This document shows positions 1 through 7,912 of a stretch of 61,111 bases of DNA, one piece after another. The notes under the pieces are model-generated. The model was not told the origin of the DNA and made no database searches. It was given only the letters and a program-made list of their open reading frames with translations. The stretch comes from an uncultured Acidobacteriota bacterium (lineage in GTDB: Bacteria; Acidobacteriota; Polarisedimenticolia; Polarisedimenticolales; DASRJG01). A program made the position numbers and the translations under genes. Position 1 is the stretch's first letter. Each line of letters starts with the position of its first letter. The DNA lies in the NCBI GenBank assembly GCA_964628935.1, contig CAZVOE010000001.1, positions 28,769-89,879 on the forward strand. The letters run 5' to 3'.

Positions 1-224
1 CCCCCCGCCACGAGGAGGGTGTGTACGTCGTCGAGGACGGCGTGGTCCGTTTTCAGAAGGTCGAGACCGGTCTCCTCGGCGAGCTCTCCCTCGAGGTCCT
101 CGCCGGCCTCGAAGGGGGGGAGACGATCGTCATCGGTCCGTTCCGCGCGCTCCGGACGTTGAAGCCCGGGGATCGCGTGCGGGAGGAGACCGAATCGGAG
201 CGCGGCGCGGACGCCGCGTCGTGA
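1..224 (+). CDS. C-terminal end of an efflux periplasmic adaptor (HlyD/MacA-type membrane fusion protein), 5' end outside the window
   Basis: The frame is open from the window edge to the TGA at 222-224. The tail VVRFQKVETGLLGELSLEVLAGLEGGETIVIGP..LKPGDRV resembles the C-terminal barrel of MacA/HlyD adaptors. It sits 1 nt upstream of two FtsX/MacB-type permease genes. Confidence 0.55.
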   Translation, partial: PRHEEGVYVVEDGVVRFQKVETGLLGELSLEVLAGLEGGETIVIGPFRALRTLKPGDRVREETESERGADAAS

Positions 225-225
225 C

Positions 226-1449
226 ATGGCCCCCGGCGAGCAGCTCCGCGCCGCGATGGAATCGATCCGCGCGCACACGCTCCGTAGCTTCCTGACCCTG
301 CTCGGAATCATCATCGGCGTCACGACGATCGTCGGGGTGGCGTCGGTGATCTCGGGACTCGAGACCTACGTCCGGGAGAAGCTCATCCTCCTCTCCCCCG
401 ACGTCTACGTGGTGACGAAGTTCGGGATCATCATGAGCCGCGACGAGTTCTTCGAGGCGCTCAAGCGGCCCGACCTCGACTTTCGCGACTACGAGGTCCT
501 ACGCGAGCGCTTGACGAAGGCCTCGGCCGTGGGGGCCGACATCTCGACCGGAGGTCCCGTGAAGCACCGGGACCGCCGGCTCGCCGACGTTCGGATCCAC
601 GGCACCACCGCGAATTTCGGGGAGCTTCTGAACCTCGACATCGAGGCCGGGCGTTACTTCTCCGAGGCGGAGGCGTTCGCCGGACAGAACGTCGTCGTGA
701 TCGGCTACGACGTCCGCGACGAGTTGTTCGGAAACCTCGACCCGCTCGGTCGCGACCTCCTCGTCGGGAACGGGACCTACCGGGTCGTCGGGCTCGTCGC
801 GGAGCAGGGGCAGGTGCTCGGCCAGAACCAGGACAACCAGGTGTGGATCCCGATGGAAGCCTTTCGCCGGGCGTACGGACGAAGGGACTCCGTCGACATG
901 CTGGTCAAGGCGCGTGGAGGCGTCCTGGGGGTCGAGGCGTCCGTCGACGAGGTGCGGGCCGTGCTGCGGGCGCTCCGGCACACGCCGTTCCGCGATGGCG
1001 ACCCTTTCGCCATCGTCACGGTCGAAAACGCCCAGCAGGTTTGGAGGCAGATCTCGGGAGCGGCATTCCTCCTCACCCTCCTGATCTCCGGCGTCTCGCT
1101 CGGCGTCGGAGGGGTCGTGATCGCGAACATCATGCTCGTCGGGGTGGTGGAACGGACGCGCGAGATCGGCGTCCGCATGGCGATGGGGGCGCGGAAGAAG
1201 GACATCCGCAGGCAGTTCCTCCTCGAGGCGGCGCTCCTCTCGACCGCGGGAGGGCTGGTCGGGATCGTCCTCGGGGCCGCCGCGGCGACGGCGGTCGAGG
1301 GCATCCTCGACTTCCCTTCGCAGGTGACCCCCGCGATCCTCGCGGCGGGCTTGCTCCTTTCGACGATCGTGGGACTCGTGGCGGGCTACTGGCCGGCGCG
1401 GAGCGCCTCGAATTTGATCGTCGTGGACGCGCTCCGGGAGGAGACTTGA
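226..1449 (+). CDS. ABC efflux transporter permease, MacB/FtsX family
   Basis: 407 aa. It has an N-terminal TM helix (FLTLLGIIIGVTTIVGV), a large extracytoplasmic loop and a C-terminal FtsX block with TREIGVRMAMGARKKDIRRQFLLEA. Confidence 0.85.
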   Translation: MAPGEQLRAAMESIRAHTLRSFLTLLGIIIGVTTIVGVASVISGLETYVREKLILLSPDVYVVTKFGIIMSRDEFFEALKRPDLDFRDYEVLRERLTKASAVGADISTGGPVKHRDRRLADVRIHGTTANFGELLNLDIEAGRYFSEAEAFAGQNVVVIGYDVRDELFGNLDPLGRDLLVGNGTYRVVGLVAEQGQVLGQNQDNQVWIPMEAFRRAYGRRDSVDMLVKARGGVLGVEASVDEVRAVLRALRHTPFRDGDPFAIVTVENAQQVWRQISGAAFLLTLLISGVSLGVGGVVIANIMLVGVVERTREIGVRMAMGARKKDIRRQFLLEAALLSTAGGLVGIVLGAAAATAVEGILDFPSQVTPAILAAGLLLSTIVGLVAGYWPARSASNLIVVDALREET

Positions 1450-2708
1450 GGCGCTGGGGCTCGGGCTGGATCGAGAACGCGCGCCTGGCCCTCGGGGCGA
1501 TGCGGGAGCAGAAGCTCCGCTCGTTCCTCACGCTCCTCGGGATCATGGCGGGAGTGGCGACGGTGATCATGATGGTGTCGTTCGTCACCGGCTTCAACCG
1601 CCAGGTGACGGCGGCGTTCACGTCGTTCGGCTCCCATCTCGTTCAGTTCCAGAAGTTCGAGCCGCGGTTCCACGGACCGGGGGGAGTCCCGGAGGAGGAG
1701 CGCAACCGCCGCGACCTGACGATCGAGGACGCCGACGCGCTCAAGCGTCTTTCGCGGCACGCGAAGGCGGTCTCCCAGGAGCGTTACCTGTTCAACCGGA
1801 CGGCCGTTGTGCGCGCCGGAGAGAACGAGGTCCAGGGAGCGGTGATCCTCGGGACGAACCCCGACTACTCCGAGGCCAACGTCCACTTCGCGGAGGAAGG
1901 ACGATTCCTCACCGACGCGGACGTCCTGCACGCCGCGCGTGTCTGTGTCGTCGGCCCCGAGGTCGCCGACACCCTCTTCCCCATGCGCGACCCGATCGGC
2001 CAGATCCTGACGGTCGACGGCCGCACCTATCAGATCGTCGGCATCTTCGAGCACAAGGGTGGGTTCATGGGGGGCAGCAACGACTCCCACGTCGCGATCC
2101 CGATCTCGGCATTCGACGACCAGTTCCCCGAGGTCAAGAACGGGGGAGGCGACACGATCCACATCGCGACGGTCCCGAAACGGCCAGAGGACGTCCAGGC
2201 GCTCATCGAGGAGGAGACCGCGATCCTGCGGGCGCGGAGGGGGCTCCGGCCCGACCAGGAGAACGACTTCGCGATCTTCACGAGCGCCGGGCGGCTCCGG
2301 CAGTTCCAGCAGATCACGGGGGGGGTCGCCGCGGCGATGATCGTGATCGCGGGGATCGCGCTCTTGGTCGGCGGTGTCGGGGTCATGAACATCATGCTGG
2401 TCAACGCCACGCAACGGACGCGGGAGATCGGCCTGCGGAAGGCGGTCGGGGCCACGCGGCGCGACATCGCCGCGCAGTTCCTGATCGAGGCGGTCACCCT
2501 GACGGCGGTGGGGGGCGCGCTCGGAATCGGCTTCGGGCTCGGCGCGGCGTTTTTCGTCCGCGCGACCCTCGACTTCGAGGCGGCGGCGCCGCTGTGGTCG
2601 GTGGGACTCGGCTTCGGAGTGTCGACGGCGGTGGGTTTGATCTTCGGAATGTGGCCGGCGGTCAAGGCCTCTCGGCAGGATCCGATCGAGGCGTTGAGAT
2701 ACGAGTAG
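1446..2708 (+). CDS. second ABC efflux transporter permease, MacB/FtsX family
   Basis: Same architecture as the upstream permease (LRSFLTLLGIMAGVATVIMMV ... TREIGLRKAVGATRRDIAAQFLIEA). I place the start at TTG 1446, overlapping the upstream TGA (TTGA). ATG 1500 is an alternative. The upstream part of the 843..2708 ORF is Arg/Gly-rich off-frame readthrough of the previous gene. Confidence 0.8.
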   Translation: MRRWGSGWIENARLALGAMREQKLRSFLTLLGIMAGVATVIMMVSFVTGFNRQVTAAFTSFGSHLVQFQKFEPRFHGPGGVPEEERNRRDLTIEDADALKRLSRHAKAVSQERYLFNRTAVVRAGENEVQGAVILGTNPDYSEANVHFAEEGRFLTDADVLHAARVCVVGPEVADTLFPMRDPIGQILTVDGRTYQIVGIFEHKGGFMGGSNDSHVAIPISAFDDQFPEVKNGGGDTIHIATVPKRPEDVQALIEEETAILRARRGLRPDQENDFAIFTSAGRLRQFQQITGGVAAAMIVIAGIALLVGGVGVMNIMLVNATQRTREIGLRKAVGATRRDIAAQFLIEAVTLTAVGGALGIGFGLGAAFFVRATLDFEAAAPLWSVGLGFGVSTAVGLIFGMWPAVKASRQDPIEALRYE

Positions 2709-4737
2709 GAGGAAAAGGGACGACTCCCGACGCCCGGTACGCCGCGACCGCGCGTTCGTACGCCGACCGGCATTCCTCCCCTCCCGGCTCCCCCGGCGAG
2801 TCCTCCATTCCCCCCAAGCGGTCGGAAAACTCCTTCCCGACGGCGTCGGTTCCGCACCGCTCGAAGAGCCATAGGTTCGCCCCGAGATAGACCTCGTCGG
2901 GTCCGGCGGCGACGAATCCGCTCAGCAGGGTCGGAAGGAGCGACGCGGGGGGAGCGACGGAACAGCATTCGATCCGGCGGAGGCTCCTCGACGCATACAA
3001 ATGGAAGAACGTCTCGCGTGGGTCGGACCGTTCCCGTAGCGGTCCGTAATCGTATTGGAATCCCCCCGTGCCGGTGAACGTGTGGGGCTGGTGGTCGCCG
3101 AACACGAGCAGGACGAACGGGCGACCGGTCCGCGCCTCGAGGTCGGCGAGGTACGCGACGAGACCTTCCACCGCCTCGGTCGTGGAGCCGAGCCGCCGCA
3201 GGTACTCGTGGAGCGCGCAGTGGGGCTCGAACTCGTCGGTGTCGGCGAAACGGACCGGGAACTCCCCGGGGTCCTCGAGACCGCACGCGTGCGGCGCGTG
3301 GTTCTCGATCAAGAGAACGTAGCCGAAGAAGGGGGCCTCGGGGGACGGTCCAAGCCGTTCGCGAACCGTCGCTGCGATCTTCGCGTCGGTCTCTTCCCAT
3401 GCGCTCCGGAGCCCGAGGTCCGCGTTGTCGAGGACGCTCTCGAAGCCGTAGCGCTCGTAGGCGCGGCGGCCGCCGTAGAAGTTCCCCGGGTGCGGGAAAA
3501 ACGCCCAGGTGCGATACCCGCGGTCGCTGAGCCACGTCGCGAAACTCCGACGGACGAAGGGCGAGAGCGATGCGTGGGTGTACATCCCCGAGTACCCGAA
3601 GAGCCGCGAGTCGAGTCCGACGATCGTCTCGAACTCCGCGATCCAGGTGCCTCCGCCGATCGAGTTCACCCGGAGCGGCCCCTCCGCAGCCGTGAGATCG
3701 CCGGGCTCGAACAGCCGGTTGTCCCAACTGCCCCGGAGCCGGAACGCCGCCCCGGGATCGAAGGTCGACTCGGCGAGGACGACGAGGATGTTCGGGAGCC
3801 CCGCGTTCTCCGTCTCCGTGCCGAAACGGACGTGCCGAAGGACGGCCTCGCGGATCTCTTCGGGACCCGGAGCGGGGCCGTCGAGGTCGGCGCGGTAGAT
3901 GTCTCCGGTCCCTTCGGCCTCGAGCATCCGGGAGTACGCGAGGAACGGCAGAATCCCCATGCGCTCCGCGAGGCGAGCGACTCCCTCCGGGCGCCAGGTC
4001 GACTTGTCCCTTGCGGCTTCGCGAAAGAGGGAACGGACGTGCGTCGCGGCGAGGAACACGAAGCCGCACGCGACGACGGCCCGCGCGAAGGCGTCGAGAC
4101 CGCGGCGGCGGTCCCATCGCCCGGCCGCAACGCGCGACGCCGCGAGGATCACGGCGGAGGTCCACCCCGCGAGCGCGAGCCCGATCGCCCCCAGCGTCGG
4201 GTAGCGCGTCCATTGCGGAAGGGACATCGCGTCCCACAACCCCGCGGGATCGGAAAGAGCGATCCTCAGATCGAGCGCCGTGAGTGGGAGGCCGGTGAGC
4301 GCGATCTTCGCGTCGCTGACCCAGGCCAGAAAGGCGTGCGCGCTCACGAGCCCGAACAGCGTCGCGACGCCGAGACGAAGGGGGAGGAGCGCGCAGAAGA
4401 CGGCCGCGCAGCCGAACAGGAGCCGCGGGGACGTCCCCTTCCCCGCGACCCAAATCGCGAGCGTCGCGAAGGCGAGGACGATCGCGACGACCCAGCGAAG
4501 GCGCGGTCGCTCCGCCCGGGAGGCGACGGGAGAAAAAAGCCCGGGGAGGGCGACGAGCGCCGTCCCCGCGAGGATCGCGATCAAGCGCAGTCCGCGGATC
4601 CCGGGGTCGTCCGCGTCGAGGAACCGGCCGGAGACGAGGGCGGAGGCGAGGAGCACGAGACCGCCGGAGATCGACGCGATCCAGGTCCCTCGAACGCGGC
4701 GAGACGGGACATCCGGAGGGCCGCCCGAGCCGTTCAA
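2662..4737 (-). CDS. polytopic membrane protein with a C-terminal sulfatase-like (alkaline-phosphatase superfamily, LTA-synthase/phosphoglycerol-transferase-like) domain
   Basis: Several hydrophobic helices (IASISGGLVLLASALV, LIAILAGTALVALPGLF, VVAIVLAFATLAIWVA ...) precede a soluble domain with NILVVLAESTFDP ... LIENHAPH ... VFGDHQPH, typical of Sulfatase-fold transferases. The start is inferred at TTG 4737, which overlaps the stop of the upstream SGNH gene (TTGA). The ORF part upstream of 4737 overlaps that gene and is Arg-rich. Confidence 0.6.
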   Translation of the reverse strand: MNGSGGPPDVPSRRVRGTWIASISGGLVLLASALVSGRFLDADDPGIRGLRLIAILAGTALVALPGLFSPVASRAERPRLRWVVAIVLAFATLAIWVAGKGTSPRLLFGCAAVFCALLPLRLGVATLFGLVSAHAFLAWVSDAKIALTGLPLTALDLRIALSDPAGLWDAMSLPQWTRYPTLGAIGLALAGWTSAVILAASRVAAGRWDRRRGLDAFARAVVACGFVFLAATHVRSLFREAARDKSTWRPEGVARLAERMGILPFLAYSRMLEAEGTGDIYRADLDGPAPGPEEIREAVLRHVRFGTETENAGLPNILVVLAESTFDPGAAFRLRGSWDNRLFEPGDLTAAEGPLRVNSIGGGTWIAEFETIVGLDSRLFGYSGMYTHASLSPFVRRSFATWLSDRGYRTWAFFPHPGNFYGGRRAYERYGFESVLDNADLGLRSAWEETDAKIAATVRERLGPSPEAPFFGYVLLIENHAPHACGLEDPGEFPVRFADTDEFEPHCALHEYLRRLGSTTEAVEGLVAYLADLEARTGRPFVLLVFGDHQPHTFTGTGGFQYDYGPLRERSDPRETFFHLYASRSLRRIECCSVAPPASLLPTLLSGFVAAGPDEVYLGANLWLFERCGTDAVGKEFSDRLGGMEDSPGEPGGEECRSAYERAVAAYRASGVVPFPPTRISTPRSDPAERP

Positions 4738-5861
4738 CCTCGTGGACCCTCTCGCGCCGTGGCTTCGGACCCGCCGAGCACGGAGCGTAGCGCGTCGAAG
4801 AAGGCGCTCGCCACGGCGCGGTTCCCCTTTGGGGTGAAGTGGCAGTGGTCGACGAGGTGCTCCCCGTCCGGAACGATCGATCGGGCCAGGTCCACGAGGA
4901 CGATGTCCGGCCGCTCCGCCGCGAGCGCGCGAATCGCGTCGTTCTGGAGGTCGATGCACCGCTCCCACGCGGCGGCCCAATCGCTCCCCTGCTCCGCTTC
5001 CGCCAGGTCCCTCGAGTACACGAACGTCGCCAGAACGAGCCGGGCCCCGTGTTCGCGGCACAAAGCGTGCATCGAAGCCAGATTTCTGCGAAAGGTTTCG
5101 ACTCCGAACGGACCGTTCGCGAAATCGAGCCGGACCGGGAATCTCGTGTAGAGGTTCCACAGGTTGCCTCGGTCGCCGACCAAGGCATAGCGGATCGCGA
5201 CGAACACCGAGGAGTAGTCGAGTCGGCGCGAGAGCCGATCGAACACGGGATACGGGGTAGCGCCGATGTCCTTTTTCCGATGAGCGTAGTCGGAGCGAAA
5301 CCCCGTGCCGTAGGAAGGCGCGACGTCATTGGTACCGTGATAGACGATGACGAAGTCCGGTTTCAGGTCGACGTGGATCAGCGCGAGCTTCACGAGACTG
5401 TCGGCGGTGGTCGCTCCGCTCTGTCCCGCGTTGATCACCTCGTAGCGGCCGGCGCCGAGCATTTCCTGGAGCTGGCCCGGCCAGGTCTCCTCCCAACGAT
5501 GGTCGGCATCGAGCGTGGTCGAACCGCCCAGACACACGATCCGGATTCGTCTCTTGGGATTCTCCGGCTCCGGCCCGCGATTCCCCATCGAATCGAATTC
5601 GACGAATCCGCTTCCTCCTTTCTTCGCGAGAAACGGGAGGAATGGATGGTCGGTCATGTAGAGCCTTGGAACTCGAAACGTCCGCTCGCCGAAAGCGCGC
5701 GGGGTCTCTCCCGACGCGATCCAGAACGCGAGGTAGCCAAGACCCTCCGCGACGAGCCCGACCGTCAGGAGCAAGACCGCCCAGAAGAGAACCCTCTTGA
5801 GCCGGGACATGCGGCGGATTCTACGACCGATCGGCCCCCTTCGGGTCCCCGTCGGTTGCAC
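4734..5861 (-). CDS. membrane-anchored SGNH/GDSL-family hydrolase
   Basis: 375 aa with an N-terminal TM helix (VLFWAVLLLTVGLVAEGLGYLAFWI). The SGNH blocks are visible: IVCLGGSTT, NAGQSG, YHGTNDV and DHCHFTPKGN. Confidence 0.75.
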   Translation of the reverse strand: MQPTGTRRGPIGRRIRRMSRLKRVLFWAVLLLTVGLVAEGLGYLAFWIASGETPRAFGERTFRVPRLYMTDHPFLPFLAKKGGSGFVEFDSMGNRGPEPENPKRRIRIVCLGGSTTLDADHRWEETWPGQLQEMLGAGRYEVINAGQSGATTADSLVKLALIHVDLKPDFVIVYHGTNDVAPSYGTGFRSDYAHRKKDIGATPYPVFDRLSRRLDYSSVFVAIRYALVGDRGNLWNLYTRFPVRLDFANGPFGVETFRRNLASMHALCREHGARLVLATFVYSRDLAEAEQGSDWAAAWERCIDLQNDAIRALAAERPDIVLVDLARSIVPDGEHLVDHCHFTPKGNRAVASAFFDALRSVLGGSEATAREGPRG

Positions 5862-5957
5862 CCACCCCGCGACTCGCGAATCTGCTTCGCCCCGCCGGAT
5901 CGGTTGCGCTCCGCTAGGCGCTCACGTTCTTGGAATCCGAGCGCCGGAAGCCACATC

Positions 5958-6723
5958 TGGAACATCTTCGTGAACGCCGACTTCCCCGATCGGAACGTCA
6001 GCCTCTCGACCGGCAAGACGGTCCGTCTCGATGCGGCCGCCTACACCCGGTACCGGTCGGTCACAAACCGCGAGGACAGAAGGAAGGTCTTCGAGGCGTG
6101 CTGGACTCGATGCAACGAGTACGCGCGGATCCAGGGAACCGCCCTCAACGAAGAGGTCCGCAGTCACGACTTCCAGCGCGACGTGCGCAGGTTCGACTCG
6201 TGCCTCGAGGCTGCGCTCTTCGCCGACAACATTCCGGTGAAGGTCTACATCGAACTCCTCGAGGACTGGTCCACGACATGGTGAAGAACGCGAAGAGCGA
6301 CGAGGCGCGCCTTCTCGACCTCGCGAGCAACCTCGACGGCCTCCGGACCACCCCGCTCCGCCAGACCCAGTTGCCGAGTCCGAGCTTCGAATTCACGAGA
6401 TGGTGGAGCGCGGGGAGCCGCTCACGGAAGAGAGCCTGAGCCCCCTCTACCTCGACATCCGAGGAAGTACTACGGCCACGACTGCGGCGTCACCGACATC
6501 CGGGACCTCTACGGCGCGGAGTGAGCCTTTACCCCGCACTTCTATTTCAACTTCCACGTACTACAAGTACGCGACGAGCGTGGCCGCGGCCGTGTCGCTC
6601 GCCGACCGGATCCGCAGCGAGGGGACGGCGGAGGACTACCTCGCCATGCTCTCGGCGGGCTCGTCGCGCTACGCCTTCGATCTCCTGAAGGGCGCAAGCG
6701 TCGACATGACGACGGCGAAGATG
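5958..6723 (+). pseudogene. degraded M3B oligoendopeptidase F (PepF-like) gene: two homologous pieces in at least three frames, catalytic middle missing
   Basis: Frame A reads WNIFVNADFP..VRLDAAAYTRYRSVTNREDRRKVFEACW..FDSCLEAALFADNIPVKVYIELL, which is the PepF N-terminal third. Frames B and C read DEARLLDLASNLDGLRTTPLRQTQL / HEMVERGEPLTEESLSPLYLDIR / YYKYATSVAAAVSLADRIRSEGTAEDYLAMLSAGSSRYAFDLLKGASVDM, which is the PepF C-terminal third. No HEXXH segment is present and the whole remnant is about 0.77 kb, against about 1.8 kb for an intact gene. Confidence 0.6.
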
Positions 6724-6814
6724 CTGAACCGGCAGAAGGGGGCGCAGGGAACCTCACCGCTCCCGCGAACCCGATCCGGGGCCGGGGGACGGCCCATGAC
6801 CGTTTTGACACGGC

Positions 6815-7159
6815 GTGCACGACATCCCCGGAACCTACCCGATGACCGTCGACGTCCTCGCCCTCGCCGCTTCGGGTGACGTGACGATCGCCGCCGGACT
6901 GCTCCCCGCGGGACCTTACGACGCCCTCGAGGTCGTGATCCTCGGGGCGTCCGCGACGTTCGACGACGCCACGGAGATCACGGTCGACTTCCCGCCCCCG
7001 GGCCGCGCCGTGATCCTTCCGGTCGGGTTCGAGGTCGTGGAAGGCGAACCGGTATTCCTCGACATTCGCCTCGACGTCGACCTTTCGTTCGCGCTCGCCG
7101 GAGGTTCGCTCGAGTTCGAGCCCGAGTTCGAGGTCGAGATCGACGCGGAGGACGACTGA
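6815..7159 (+). pseudogene. DUF4382-like C-terminal fragment, probably a 5'-truncated or frameshifted remnant
   Basis: The 114-aa ORF has no signal peptide. The sequence DVLALAASGDVTIAAGLLPAGPYDALEVVILGASATFDD..ITVDFPPPGRAVILPVGFEVVEGEPVFLDIRLDVDLSF resembles the distal two thirds of DUF4382 lipoproteins. The expected N-terminal part is absent or out of frame upstream. Confidence 0.35.
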
Positions 7160-7312
7160 GCGATCGCGTCGCCCTCTGCCTCCCTGCGCGTCCGCGAACG
7201 TTTGTCGCGAGAGGTCGAGGGGGCAGAGGAACCCCGTTCGTGAGAGTTTCGCGACGGTCGGCGTCAGGGGGGCCTCCTGTCCGGACGGGAGACGGTAGCC
7301 GGGGCCCGGCGT

Positions 7313-7912
7313 TCATTCGGTGGGCTGGCGCGAAATGAGCTTCCCCGAGAACTCCGCCCGCACCCTCGCCTCCTTCGCAACGCGGAGGACGAAGACACTC
7401 GGATCTTCGAGACCCCACGCGACGTAGGGGACCGAAAACTCGCTCACGGCGGAGATCGACGACCCGTCCACGGTGATCCGGACCGGTAGGGTGAGTTCGT
7501 GCTCTCCGCCGTGGAAGAGCAAGACCCCCTCGATCTCGAGGCTCGCCGACCCTTCCGTCGGCACTTTCCCGAGGAGCCTCCCCGGCCGGAAGGTCGCGAC
7601 GGGGTACTTCGCGGTCTCGAGGACCTCCTCGTGCATCTTGGCGTCACGACGGCCATTCCCGGTCCTCCCGCTCGCGAGGTCGACGACGACCTCCCCGGCG
7701 AGCGTCCCGTTGTCGGGCTCGAACGTCACGGAAGTCGAGCGTACGGTGAAGGCACCCTCGACCGTGTGGGCGGTCGCGTCGAGGGTGAAGGTGACGCGGC
7801 TTCGCGCGCCGTCCAACGAGAGGACCGCAGCGCCGGCATCCGGAGCGCACGACAGGATCCCGAGACAGACTGTGAACGTCCCCGACGCGACTCCGCGCAT
7901 TCGACCTCCCAT
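7313..7912 (-). CDS. YceI-family periplasmic polyisoprenoid-binding-like protein
   Basis: 199 aa with a signal peptide. The sequence SRVTFTLDATAHTVEGAF...DLASGRTGNGRRDAKMHEEVLETAKYPVATF...GVLLFHGGEHELTLPV is a typical YceI-like domain. Confidence 0.75.
   Translation of the reverse strand: MGGRMRGVASGTFTVCLGILSCAPDAGAAVLSLDGARSRVTFTLDATAHTVEGAFTVRSTSVTFEPDNGTLAGEVVVDLASGRTGNGRRDAKMHEEVLETAKYPVATFRPGRLLGKVPTEGSASLEIEGVLLFHGGEHELTLPVRITVDGSSISAVSEFSVPYVAWGLEDPSVFVLRVAKEARVRAEFSGKLISRQPTE

Noticed and set aside
2030-5329. A 1099-aa minus-strand ORF, and similar very long ORFs: 41183..45577 (+), 42689..46309 upstream part, 11335..13800 (-), 7499..9817 (+), 7644..10217 (-), 31759..35049 (-), 50931..53483 (-), 53378..55540 (-), 55938..57689 (-), 59160..60683 (-), 17666..19366 (+), 18519..20669 (-), 21088..22539 (+), 46626..48614 (-).
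   Set aside because: Their translations are dominated by Arg/Pro/Gly/Asp runs with no motifs. Each overlaps, antisense or off-frame, a gene with clear family signatures. Stop-poor alternative frames are expected in very GC-rich DNA.
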